A stretch of DNA of 64,000 bases, taken from assembly GCF_009914755.1 (NCBI RefSeq), contig NC_060941.1; one strand, 5' to 3'. The notes below the pieces were generated by a model. That model ran no database searches. It was not told the DNA's origin and saw only the letters and a program-made list of their open reading frames with translations. Below, piece after piece: positions 21,266-42,236 of this stretch (the first letter of the stretch is position 1; every line of letters starts with the position of its first letter). Both the position numbers and the translations under genes were made by a program. The stretch is from the human T2T-CHM13v2.0 reference genome, Homo sapiens.

Positions 21266-22361
21266 TAGAAGAGACGGGGTTTCTCCATGTTGGCCAGACT
21301 GGTCTCGAACTCCCAACTTCAGGTGATCCACCTGCTTCAGCCTCTCAAAAGTGCTGGGATTACAGGCGTGAGCCACCGTGCCCGGCCAACGCTCCTGTTT
21401 TAAAGTACCTGCGCTATTACTTCTTTTCTCCCTCATTAGAATTTAAGCTTAACAAACCTGGGTAACTTTATATACTTTTCCACTGATCTGTCTCCATGAG
21501 CTGGAGATCACTTAGTGTAAGGTAAATGATCAATAAATGTTTTCAAATAACAGAATCAATTATTAATAGTTTTCTTTCTTTGAGTATACATTTAGACTTT
21601 CAAAAATCAAGAAAATAGATTGGTCAAGAGATTTCCATTTGTTTTGATTTTGTTATCCTTTGATTAGATTAGCTGTGTTAGTATAGATTTCAGTGTGGGA
21701 AGCTATAAGCATTTCCTAAATTTTAAAATGAAAGGCATGGGATTTGAATATCCATTCCTTTTATTTAAGGAATAAAGACAAGCCTAGCTTTTAAAATATA
21801 TTTTATATATGTAAACTATCTAAATTTATTTTTCTCTTTATCCCTGAATACTTTTTCAAGTTATTCATCTCATTTTAAAAAATCTACCTCGATAACATTT
21901 TAAAATACATATGCAACTTCATTAAGAATATCTTTGTTCCACTGAATAGCTTGTCAAATAATACATTAGCAGTACAATTTCCTCATAATTCTTAGACTTG
22001 TTTGATTAAATTTATAGATTTCCTACTCTCAACTAATAAATTCATTCAAGTATAATACATCCTACTTGATCTTTGTGGGGTTTTCATACCATATAGTTAT
22101 TATAAAAATTGATTTTTGATATTTGAATCAACTTCATAATTGTATTGGTTAGATTGGTCGGTAGAATCCTTTTTTGTTTTGGTTCTGTTGTTTGTTCATT
22201 ACAGAGTGGCTTTGCTACTGTAAAGCTTGAAGCATTTTCTTTTTTGTTTTATTTCCTTCCTTTTTTCTTCCTTCTTTCTCTCTCTCCCTCCCTCCGCTCC
22301 CTCCCTCCCTTTCTTCCTTCCCTCGTTCCTTCCTTCCTTTTTCTTTATTTCTCTCACTCTC

Positions 22362-22409
<48 letters not shown>

Positions 22410-22653
22410 CAGGTTTTGCTCTGTTGCCCAGGCTGGAGTGCAGTGGTGTTAACAAGACTCACTTAAATTTTTTTTAACAGAAATTTATCTATCTTACATT
22501 AACCAAATTTCAGTGTAACCGATATTTCTTTCAAGTGAAAAATTAAATCTTTACCATCTGTTAGCCTCAACACTTTACCTTCTGCAGCCTCAGTTTTTCT
22601 GTCTCCAGCAATCCTCCCATCTCAGCCTCTTAAGTAACTGGGACTACAGGTAG

Positions 22654-22824
<171 letters not shown>

Positions 22825-24293
22825 TAAATTGGAAAACAAAGCGCATGGCATTTAAATACTTATTCCTTAAAATTTGGAAGACATGTTAACACCATATAAA
22901 CCCAGAGCCTGTATTTTTAGATTAGTAATATGTAGATATTTTCAATTTCTTCTAAAGTTTAAAAAAAAATTTTGTATTCAGAAAATTCTTTATAACAGAA
23001 GGTAAACATTTTTCACTTAAAAGAAATGTGATTACTTTGAAAACAAATTTGGTTAATGTAAGTTAGATTAATTTTTGTTTAAAAAATAATTTAAGAAAAA
23101 TAATGCTCAAAGAGCAGTGGTCATGGCATTTATTCCAGAGAGAGGAAGTTTAGCCTGATCTGCCTGTAACAACAAAAGTACATGGATCAAGATAATTCTA
23201 TAGGGACATGGATTAAAAGATAACATACTTTTTTATTTTAAAAACCATGATAACTTTTTGTTACGTGTATTAAATGTGAGAGAACAAACAGCATAAAAAA
23301 TGAACTTTTGGGGGGATATAAACAAGTACTGAGAACAGTGTGAAGAATAAAATTCTCATCCTGGCTTGGTGTGGGCAGAACCTCACAGCCCGAGAACAAG
23401 TCCAGTGTGTGGTGGTGTTAAGGCCCCTCTGTGTAAAAGCTGTCCTCATTTACCGAGAATTGAGGTCTCAGGAAAAAAAAAAAATTACTAACCTCAACAC
23501 GAAATGATTGGTTCATCATTTGATATACCCTGTGCCTTTATAACATATACAATTGTGTTGTCATTCTATCAGGTTTATCATTTGTTACATTTAAAACCAG
23601 AATAATTTCAAATTTGAAGTGAAATAAGTCCCTTAGAGAAACAAATTTCAAAATACACCCCCTACCTATCCATATCTATATCATCTATATCTGTGTTAGA
23701 CCATTTTTATATTGCAAAAAGCAAAAACATCCTTCTAGGCCTTCTAAATTTTATAGGATAACACAAACATTGATGCAATGGTGATAGACAAAGATGGATG
23801 TTAATATTATTTGGAAACATTTTCATTTATAGTATTGTGAGCAAACCATCAAGGGGTTGGTGGTCTTAGGCATTATTTCCCACTAGGGTCTATACCTTTG
23901 CATGTGAAAAGCAGGTACTAGAGGAAGAGTGAAGAAAGAGCACTCATTGTTCCCAGAGAATTGGACTAGAGAAATATGAAGTCGCCTAGAGAATGATTGT
24001 GCACGCGGCGCTTTTCCCTGGGAAAGCCATCTCATCATTTCTGTTGTATATTTTACTACAATGGTAAATTATTGGTTTGAGTTTAGATGTGTTCATTAAA
24101 TATGGGTTAATGTTATGGTACCGTAATGTTAGGACGATACACAGAACCTGTAGGAATGTATCAGTCACATAACCAAGGAGAAAGAGAAGACAACGGTGGG
24201 TATCTTGCATTGTGATGTGATATTGAATTGACGGATTAAGACAGCCAATGTGAGCTACCCACATGCAGCAACTGAAATTTCCAAAATAGATAA

Positions 24294-24672
<379 letters not shown>

Positions 24673-24674
24673 TA

Positions 24675-24808
24675 AGCCGGCCTTGGGTCGCAGAGCGCTG
24701 CCTCTGAACTGGGGTTGCCCGTTCCTAGGGAACGCGGCACGCCCTCTTTGCAGGGGAGCCGCCAGCCCTCACGGTGTGGGAAAGAAGGCTGCTTATCTCC
24801 AGTGTGAT
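24675..24808 (-). pseudogene. Collagen relic exon
   Basis: ttttcag|HT GDK QPS FP HRE GWR LP CKE GVP RSL GT GNP SSE AAL CDP RPA, all in one open frame. Confidence 0.8.
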
Positions 24809-24843
24809 CTGAAAAATTAGGGATGGGCCTGCGCGGTGGCTCA

Positions 24844-25220
<377 letters not shown>

Positions 25221-25239
25221 TTAAAAATAAAAACATAAA

Positions 25240-25700
25240 AGGAGCCTCCAGCCCGCAGCGGCTGGAGCCGGAGGGTGCGCTTGAACAGGCCAGGGAGCCA
25301 CGAGGCGGCGCAGGACCTGAGCCCAGAGAAACGACCTGGAAAGGAAGCTTCTCACAGAATGCGGCGCGGACAGCGGCTGCCGAGCAGGGGATCTGGAAAG
25401 CACTGGCCCCTGAGCCCCAGCGCAGCGCAGGGTGTCGCAGGGGTTAGCCCGGGTGGCGGGAAGAGCCCAGGGAGCAAGGCCCCCCCCCACGCGCAGGCGC
25501 GCTGCGCTCCCCCGCGCTGTGACATCATTGATGACCCCGCGCAGAGGCCTCCTCAATGCAGGCGCCTCCCTCTCAGCGCTAGAGCCCAGGCCACTGCCAG
25601 GGAAGTGTCCCTACCAGGCGAGTGGCCCTGCCAGGCCCTCCTGCTGCTGCTCGCGGTCGCTCGCCAGGAAAATTTTATGTGGCATGTCCCCTAAAAGCGC
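25240..25700. promoter_or_regulatory. Orphan CpG island built on collagen-relic exon sequence
   Basis: CpG-rich stretch. The minus strand reads NFP GER..QE GLA GPL and ATR ANP CDT..RCA GAQ GPV..WAQ VLR RLV. Confidence 0.65.
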
Positions 25701-25881
25701 TCGCATTTCAGGGTAAAATGTTTTAATTATGTTGCAGCCCTTTAAAACAATCGCTGATCATTATTGATTTCCTCAGGTATTTATTGTCACAATATTAATC
25801 ATGATGACCTCGCTCGGTATTAATATGCATGTCCCAACTAGTTCTTGCAGTGATTAATTGCACAATTATTTTAAGGGTTAC

Positions 25882-27520
<1,639 letters not shown>

Positions 27521-27815
27521 CTGAAATAAAATTTCTTTTCTCCAAATTCCTTTTCAGAGACCTATTGTTCACATTAGCAACTCTAGTTAAAGCAGTAGAA
27601 CAATCCAAAAGATATTTTAAAAAATCATTTTCAAGTAAAGAGCAAATGGAGAGATAAAAAATAATGGTAAATGAGCAGTATAATATAAAAATAGACTAGA
27701 AAAAAGTTGTCAATTATTAGGACTATGAGAAAGAGTAATAGGTGATGTAACAGAAAAGTAAATGATATAAATCTGAAGATATACCTAAAATGGAAAAAAT
27801 ACACAAATTACTTCA

Positions 27816-27947
<132 letters not shown>

Positions 27948-29299
27948 TCACTTGAGCTCAGGGTTGGAGACAAACCTAGGCAACAAGGCTGGACCCTATC
28001 TCTACCAAAAAATTAGCCAGGCATGGTGGCACCTGTGGTTCCAGCTACTCAGGAGGCTAAGGTGGGAGGATCACTTGAACCCAGAAGTTTGAGGCTGCAG
28101 TGAGTTGTGATCTCACCACTGCATGGCAGCCTGGGTGGCAGAGCAAGACCTTGTCTAAAAATAAAAATAAAGAAATAAAAAGATCCAATAAATGTCTGAT
28201 GAATTTATCAATAGTAAAACACTACTAACAGAAACATCAAAGGAGAAATTATGGTAGGAAGGAAATTCATCTCAGGAAAGATCTGGAATGCAAAACGAAG
28301 TAATTAGTTAATACTAGTAAATGTATTAATATATCTAAGAGAATATTGGCTCTTAAAACAATTCAATACAAATTGGACCTAAAATTTTAAACAAAAGTAG
28401 TAAGGCAGATTCAAAGAAATATTTGGTTTTACCACATATTGGGGAAAAGATATTTATTAACGTTAGGTTTTGTTAAAGTATTTATGCACGCCAAAAATTT
28501 ACAAACATTCTAAAAATGTAGAAAGGAAATATGTAAGTATAAAAAATGACAGAAATAGAATTCAAAAAATAAGCAAATAAAATATTTAATTGAAAAAGAA
28601 CAGAATTGGGGAAAAGCAATTTAATAGAAATCATAGTAAACAAAACTAAAGAAAAGTCACAAAATAGCAACATAACATTTCAGTAACCATAATAATTGTA
28701 AACAGGCTATACAAACCAATTACTAAAAACAAAATTCTGAAATTACTTGAAAAATTAATATCCAGCTACAATTATTATGACACAAAAAGTGAATTACATA
28801 CATTCTTTCACTTCAGAATAAACTGGAGTAATAGTAAACAGATTTACTTCACACCTTATAATCTAGAAAACTAGAAAATTACATGAAAACAGTTTTCATA
28901 AACATTGTAAAATAGGACTGTGCAGGACTGTGATCTATGACATAAAGGAAATAAGAAAGCTAAGTGTGAAAATATTACCAGTTTACTCCCTGGAAACTGT
29001 TTCCAGGCCGTGAAGCAGAGAATGGCAACCCGCAACATGGCCCACCAGTCTGGTAGCATTTGGAAGCCAGCAATGAGAATTCGGGAAAACACAAAATGTT
29101 AAATTAGGGGGAAAGTACTGGAGAAAAAGAATCTGCAAAAGAAAAAATATTTTAATAACAATGAGTACCACATAAAGTTAAGAGTTATAAAACCATTATT
29201 TCATTAACCTGATTTCAACAAATGTCTTTATACTGATAATTTTTCTAGTGTTATTTATAAAACTAATAAACCATTTGTTTCCATACAATCAATAGTTCC

Positions 29300-29330
<31 letters not shown>

Positions 29331-30045
29331 GGAGACGGAGTCTCTTTCTGTCGCCCAGGCTGGAGAGCACTGGCACGAACTCAGCTCACTAACCTCTGCC
29401 TCCCGGGTTCAAGGGATTCTCCTGCCTCATCCTCCCAAGTAGCTGGGATTACAGGCGCATGCCACCATGCCCGGCTAATTTTTGTATTTTAGTAGAGACG
29501 AGGTTTCACCACGTTAGCCAGGCTGGTCTTGAACTCCTGACCTCAGGTGAGCCGCCTGCCTCGACCTCCCAAAGTGCTGGGATTCTAGGCGTGAGCCACT
29601 GCGACCGGCCTAGTTCCACTTTTAGTTTTGTCTGAGAAAATATATATTATACACATTTGGTTTTTCTAAATTTTGTATAAAGTTATGGGGCACAATTGTA
29701 ATTTTGTTACATGGATATTTTGCTGCATGGGGTGAAGCCCGGGCTTTTTGAATATCCATCACTGGAATAACATGCATTGTACCCATTAGTAATTTTGCAT
29801 CTTGCACCCCCAACCCTTCCAAGTCTCCATGTTTTCACACTCTACGTCCATGTGTACACATTATTTAGCTCCCACTTAAGAGAATTTGGGGTGTTTGTCT
29901 TTCTGTGTCTGAGTTGTTTCATTTAAGGTAACGGCCTCCAGTTCCATCCAAGTTGCTGCAATAAACATGATTTCATTTGAAAATACACATATATGTATAC
30001 GTAGAATTTTTAAAATTATCTTTAAAATTTTTGCTTCTTTCTGGT

Positions 30046-30116
30046 TATTTCCTCAAGGTCATCCATATATCTCCTGCAGCTGAATCTCTCGATATGCCTC
30101 TGCGGCCCTCTGTACC
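30046..30116 (-). pseudogene. Collagen relic exon
   Basis: attag|GTE GRR GIS RDS, then after a 1-nt indel (G)CR RYM DDL EEI. Confidence 0.75.
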
Positions 30117-30273
30117 CTAATCTAAATTTTTATTTTTATTTATTTATTTATTGAGACGGAGTCTCGCTCTGTGTCGCCTAGGCTGGAGTGCAGTGGCACA
30201 ATCTCTGCTCACTGCAACCTCCGGCTCCTGGGCTCAAGCAATTCTCGTGCCTCGGCTTCCCAAGTACCTGTGA

Positions 30274-30423
<150 letters not shown>

Positions 30424-31162
30424 TAAAATTATTGTTGAATAAGTAAAAGTAATATGTATCATCTTGTACTTTTTTAAAACTTCTTGAATAAAATGTAATA
30501 GTTTACATTTCATTGACAAATTTATCAGTCCAATTCTGCTTTACAATGCCATCCCTTGGGAACCACAGCTTATTCTCTCAAGAGAGTTGAAAATACGCAT
30601 TTGGTTATAATTATTTAACATGAAAAATGTATCCATTCCAAGCCTAACCTGAGAGATACAGATAATATACATTCCTATAATTGAGCTCTAAAGTGCTTTT
30701 ATTCTTAGGATAAATTTTAAAAACTAGAATCTGTGGAGACCCAAGATCACATGTAAAACCAATAAATATATATATTTTTGTAAAGTATGTAAAAATAGCA
30801 TTGAAAAGAATAAAAATTAGGCAATTTGTGAGTGGAAGAGATGGCAAAAGTCTTTTATTAACAAAATAATCATAGTTATGGAAGTTTTATTACATGCCGG
30901 CCACATTCTCAGTATGTTAAATGTATTGGCTTATTTAAAACTCACAAGAATCTCATGAGATATTAATATTTCCCCCATTTTAAAGATGAGGCTCAGAGAG
31001 ATTAGAACTTGCCCAAGCTCATACAATGAGTGACCCTTGGAGCCCAGCAATGAACCGAGTCAGTGACATTACAGACTTCATGATAAAAATGTGACTCTTG
31101 GCCGGGCGCGGTGGCTCACGCCTGTAATCCCAGCACTTTGGGAGGCCGAGGAGGGCAGATCA

Positions 31163-31447
<285 letters not shown>

Positions 31448-31848
31448 TCAAAATTGTTACTACCAGTTTTAGAATCTCTGGCACGATGAGAATAATCAGG
31501 CTTATATCCATAATGTATTTTAAAGGTGAATTTGTTTTGGAGTAGTTATAAATGAAGCTGAGAAATTGACAGTAAGCATAGGATTGGCAGAAAGCAAAAT
31601 GACTATCTTACATATTGATGAATGGATGCATTGAAACATAATCTGCACAAAGAAAAATATTTCATTTTGAATAAACATGCCTATCTGCGTCGATTGAAAC
31701 TTGGCCAGGTTTCTGTTCTCCTTTGTTTTGCATTATTTTCACTTGAATGGAAAAACATTGTTACTAAATTGGTTAAAATTATTACAGGAAGAATGTTGTT
31801 TCGAAGTATAAAGTAATTTATACAGAATTTCTATGTTACATTATCTGA

Positions 31849-32121
<273 letters not shown>

Positions 32122-32456
32122 TGATCCGCCCGCCTTGGCCTCCCAAAGTGCTGGGATTACAGGCATGAGCCACCTCACCCAGCCAACAATGTTAAATTTC
32201 TTGGTTTTTTTTTTTTTTTTTTTTTTTTTTTTGAGACAGGATTTCACTCTTGTTACCCAGGCTGGAGCCACCGTTCCCGGCCACAATGTTAAATTTCAAT
32301 AGCTTCAAGTGTACTCATTAATTATCCTCTATGAAAAATGTTTATTCTGAAATAATTAAAATTCAAAAATAAATTGATTCAATATATATTTTAATTTTAT
32401 TTCACAAGTTTTTGTTTTGTTTTGTTTTTGAGATGGAGTCTTTCTCTGTCTCCTAG

Positions 32457-32648
<192 letters not shown>

Positions 32649-33955
32649 TGATCCACATGCCTTAGACTCCCAGAGTGCTGGGATGACAGGCTCGAGCCAC
32701 CGTGCCTGGCCATTTCACAAGTATTTTTATGTTAATAGTGGCAAGATTTTAAGTATATGTATTAAAACTATACCTACTGCCTATTATTATTTCATATGCA
32801 TGCATTTTAAATAAATAGAAATATAGCAAGAAAAACATTTAAGAAATACTATGCTTTAAAAAATCTCAATACATTGTTTATGTTACTAATGTCTTTTAAG
32901 TTTTTGGTTTTTCTTTAAAAGATGAGGTATTTCAATGCTGCCCAGACTTGTCTCAAACTTCTGAGCTTAAGCCTCCCGAGTAGCTGGTATTACAGGTGTG
33001 CACCACCATGCCCAGTGTTGCCTGTTTCTTGACTATCAGGTAGGAAGCACATTAAATAGTTTTCACTCATTCACTCAGCAACCATCATAACTAAAATTTC
33101 CACAGGTAAGAATCTGAATTCTCACTAAATGAATACACTGGAATGTTTCACTTGTATTTATCATCTAGTTTGACAAACACCATAGTTATATTGCTAGACA
33201 TACCCATTAAATTATCTTCCTTAAGGTATTAATATCCTGTTGTATCATTTAGGAAATACATTTTAGAAGTACAGTATGCCATTTTATCAAGATGTTCGGT
33301 TTCACTTTCATTTTATTCTGATTATAAGAGTTCATTGTTTTGCAGGTTTGTCTTACGCTGTATGTCATAGGTTGGCCAACTTTTTCTCTAAAGAGCTGCA
33401 CAGTAAATGTTCTATGTGCTGCAGGTTATAGCATGCCTGCCTAAATTGATGTGGCCATGTCCCAATTTTTTGTTTCTTACTAAAACGGGCTCAGCCTAAT
33501 TTGCGTATAATCTCATCTCTGCTTGCCTCACTGCCTATCACTCAACCCCTTAATGCTTCTGTCTTAAATGACCTTTCTTTTGCTTGGGCAGACTTTAATT
33601 CCTAGATTAGATCTGCTGTGCTTTCTTTGCCCTCTGACTGTAAATATCTATCCGTGTGTTGAAATGTCACCTCTTCCAGTGGCCTTTTCCAACCAGCTTC
33701 CTCTTGTAGTTGCATACACACCACACTCTACGTATTAATTAGAGAATTGTATGTCCAATTGCATGTCCTGATTTACAATGAAAAGCCCTGGTCTGGCTGG
33801 CTGTGGTGGCTCACACCTGTAATCCCAGCACTTTGGGAGGCCGAGGCGGGAAGATCAGGAGGTCAGGAAATTGAGACCACCCTGGCCAACATGGTGAAAC
33901 CCCATCTCTACTAAAAATACAAAAATTAGCTGGGTGTGGTGGCATGCACCTACTA

Positions 33956-34159
<204 letters not shown>

Positions 34160-34243
34160 TCACATCTAGTAGAGTCTTTGTTCCAGATACTACATTGTTT
34201 AAACAAATACTGTTACTTGCAATACATAGGCTGGACAGGGTTT

Positions 34244-36553
<2,310 letters not shown>

Positions 36554-37921
36554 CTTGAAAGTAAATGTAATGAACTTTCCTTTCAAGGACATAAGGCTGT
36601 GTGTCTTGACATAATAAATCATGTTTGGATGTGAAAGCTGGGGGCGGTTTTTTTTCAGGCTCCAGGGGTGTTGGGAAAAGTTTTAGAGGCTGCTGCCCCC
36701 ATGCTGGCTTCTTGTTATGCCCATGTCATGCCATAAGAAGTACACAAAAGCATCAGACCTACAGGTGACGCTGATAATACCAAATTCTGGCTATGATGTT
36801 GAATGGCAGAAAATCACATTCGTTGCTGGTGGAACAAAATCATAAAATCCAGCATTCACACTCCTTGATATCTACCCCAGTGAGCTGAAAATTTATGCAC
36901 ACAAAAACCACACTTAGATATTTAGAACAGCCTTATTCATAATTGTCAAAACATGGAAGCTGCCAAGATGTCCTTCAGTAGGTCCATAGAGAAATAAACT
37001 ATGTTACATACAGACAATGGAATATTATCCAGTGCTAAAAATGAATGAGCTATCAAGCCGTGAAAAGATATGGAGGAGACTTAAATGCATATTACTAAGT
37101 GAAAAAAAGCCAATCTCCAGAGTTACGTAGTGTATGATTTCAACTATATGACATTCCAGAAAAGGCAAAATTATGGAGACAGTACAGTGGTTGCCAGGAG
37201 TTAGGGGTGGGGTTGGGGGGATGAATAGGCAGAACACAGAGGATTTTTAGGACAATGGAGCTATTCTTTAAGATAATATAATGGTGAATACATGTCGTTT
37301 TACATTTCTCCTAACACATAAAATGTACAACACCAAGAGTGAATCCTAATGTAACCTGTGGGCTTTGGTTGGTGACTATGTGTCCATGTAGGTTCATAGA
37401 TTGTATGAACTGCTCTGGTGGTAGTGTACCACTCTGGTGTGAAATGTTGATAGTGGGAAGTGTTGTGTCTGTGTTGGGGCAGAAGGTCTATGGGGACTCT
37501 GTACTTTCTGCCCAATTTTGCTATGAATCTAAAATTGCTGTAAAATATAATGTATTAGAAAAACTTTATTGAGCACTAAAGCAAATGCAATATTTGCTGG
37601 CTCACCAACAGATGATTGGCTATGTTCTCTAATTTGATGTTATTCACTTCAACAGCTTTATTGCCTTTTAAATGTTTGAAGTTCACTCATAATTAGGAAG
37701 ATAGAATAGCACAGCATTCATTTCAGGATAGACTGTGATTTCACTATATTTGGAGTTGTTGTGGATAGGGATGTTGTCTCTTTGCATTCCTAAGACCTAA
37801 TGTAATGTCTCATACACAGCAGGCACTGGATTAGTTATTGTTGATTGAGAGAGAAAGACTTCTTTAAAAAAGCGTTTTTGTTAAGGAGTCTGGGAATCAT
37901 GGAATCATAGTGACCAGTAAC

Positions 37922-39480
<1,559 letters not shown>

Positions 39481-42133
39481 TGCTGCATAGCATCTTGGTT
39501 TTCTCTAGTAAGATTATGATTTTTCAGAGTGGATATTTTATTTTATTTATCCTGCTTGAGATGTGTTGACCTTATCAAATCTTTGTTTGATATTTTATTG
39601 ATTCTGGAAAATCAAACATTTCTGAACTATTTTTCTTCAAATGTTACTTTTGTGTCACTTTCTCACCTCCCCCAGTGACACCAATTAAATACATGTTAGG
39701 CTATCTCAATGTATTCCCAAAGTTTCTACCTTCTCTTCTGTGTTTTCATTTTTAGGCTGCTTTCTGTATATTTTCTTATGACCTTTCTTCAGGTCTGTTA
39801 ATTTTTTCGTTCATTTAAATAAGATCTGAAATCACTCCCATTCAATAATTGAAAAAGGAACAATTTCAGTTTTAAAGTTTTCAGTTGTAAAAATTATACT
39901 CTATTCATTTTCAAGTTTTTATGTTATTTTCTTCTATTTTTTAAGTAACCAGTTTCCTGATCAAATTTTACTATCTTGGCTTTTATTTCTTTTTTCTTTC
40001 TTTAAATTTTACTTTAAGTTCTGGGATACCTGTGCTGAACGTGCAGATTTGTTACATAGGTGTACATGTGCCATAGTGGCTTGATGCACCTGTCAACCCA
40101 TCATCTAGGTTTTAAGCCCTGCATGCATTAGGTATTTGTCCTAATGCTCTCCCTCCCCTTGCCCCCCAGCCACCTGACAAGCCCTGGTGTGTAATCTTCC
40201 CCTCCCTGTGTCCATGTGGCTTTTATTTCTTAGAACAAAATCATATTTGCTTAATCATCTAAGCCTCAAGATCTAAAATGTGAACACTTTTTGAGAATAT
40301 TTCTTTTGTGAATTATTTCTCTTGATTTTTCCTTATAGTATCATGTCTTGTGTGACTTTTTATCTTTATGTATATCTTTATTTATATCTGGAAATTGTAT
40401 CTGATAACTGTATTCCTAGGTCTCTGAATCACACAAATGAAAATGACTTAGGTCCATGAAAATGTGATTATTGGTTTGCTTTTTGAGCTATTAGAAGAAT
40501 AATAAATTATGTAACCACATTATATGTGAAAGAGAAAATATCAGTTCTCATAAAATATAAGACTTTTACTTAATATTTTAATAATAAACTCATCCTTAAA
40601 TTTTGACACTTTTATGCTAGTGCTATTATTGTTTAGAGTTGACACATAAAAATAATAGATATTCAGAACTGTTAAGAATTTAAAATATTTTATTCAGTGT
40701 CAACAATTACATAACTTTTTGGTTTGAAAAGTAATCTTTATACAAATATAAACAAAGCTTGAATAACATCTGAATAAAAATGTATTTGTACTAAGGTATT
40801 TTGCATTAGATATTGAAGACTATTTTGATAACACATTTCTGATGTACTCTGCACATTGGAGTTAAGGAAGATCAATTTCTTTTGGTTATAGGTTGGGTCA
40901 CTTTGACCTTGTCCCCATCATAAGAATGGGCTTCCTTAATTTTGAAGATGTTCTACACACATCATATAGGTCAGGATTTATCAATATAGTAATTGTGCTA
41001 ATTTAAGTTGCAAGTAAAAGAAGATCCAGCTTAAATTTGCCAACCAATAGAGGGATATGACTTACTAACAAAAGTCAAAGTATAGGTTTCAGGACTAGTG
41101 TATTTCAGTGTGTTAATAAAATCATAATACCTGGTTTGTTTCTATTAAGTCACACTTGGTTTCTTGTTTTCAGATAGTTTCCCTTGCAAAGTTATCAAAG
41201 TGCTCCCCAGAAGACATTAGGTATTTGCTTTCTAGTCTACATACAATGAAAAGGAAAAAACGTCAGTTCCTGAAGCTCTCTCAAAACATCAACAGATGGA
41301 AAGACGTGCCCATGTCCTCCCCTCCCTCCACTCTGGGGGCTTGGAAATGCTGCAGCAGGGAGCAGGCCCCAGGCTGGACCTGCCCTGTCCTCACGACGAG
41401 TGTGTGCAAAAGTGAACAATAAATCATTTCAAAGATGCAAGGAAGAAAAACCAAAACATCAACAGAATCTTCTTTCCCATAATCTTCATGCACCTCCTGG
41501 TCCGGATGAGTTTATGTTCCCATCTCCGAGCACAGGGATTGATTGTGATGGCATTTATAGGACTGAGTGCCCCACACTCTGTGATCCAGCATGGAGTTAT
41601 GATTTACATCACCACAGGAAGAGTACAGAGGCTTCAACAGAAAAAAAGGTAAATTTCCAAGTAAATGGGCAATCGGTTTGGGGAAGGCATTAAAAATTTC
41701 TGCTATATCAGAGATATGATCCAAATTACAAAGTGTTGCAAATCAAAACATTTATGCTTAGTTTAAATAGTTTTCAGAAGATGTGTGCTAGGCAAAGCCA
41801 TCATCCTCTGATTAAAGTTTCACTGAGTTGCTGTCACGGAGTGAATAGGAAATATTTGTACCTGGAAATGGATTTTTTTCTGAGTTTTAAAAAGAGAAGT
41901 TTTCCAGTTCTTTGAAATTATCAAATATATTAACCATGAATAATCATTACCTTAATAAAGAGAGTTATTTTCGCTTTTTCAAAAAAAAAATCCAAACACA
42001 GAACCAACAACAACAGTGACGAAATCACAAAAGAAAAGGTCCACAACAAAAGCACTGATATGGAGCACAGAAGATCTAGAATCATACAAAGACTCTAAGC
42101 CTGACTCACACATTGACTGTTGCGACATTAGTG

Positions 42134-42236
42134 CAAAACTTACAATGATATGTATATACAAAACTTACAATGATATGTATATACAAAACTTACAATGATA
42201 TGTATATACAAAACTTACAATGATATGTATATACAA
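42134..42236. repeat. 25-bp perfect tandem repeat x4
   Basis: CAAAACTTACAATGATATGTATATA at 42134, 42159, 42184 and 42209. Confidence 0.95.

Noticed and set aside
42134-42236. CRISPR-like direct repeats
   Set aside because: No spacers; a simple tandem repeat in eukaryotic DNA.
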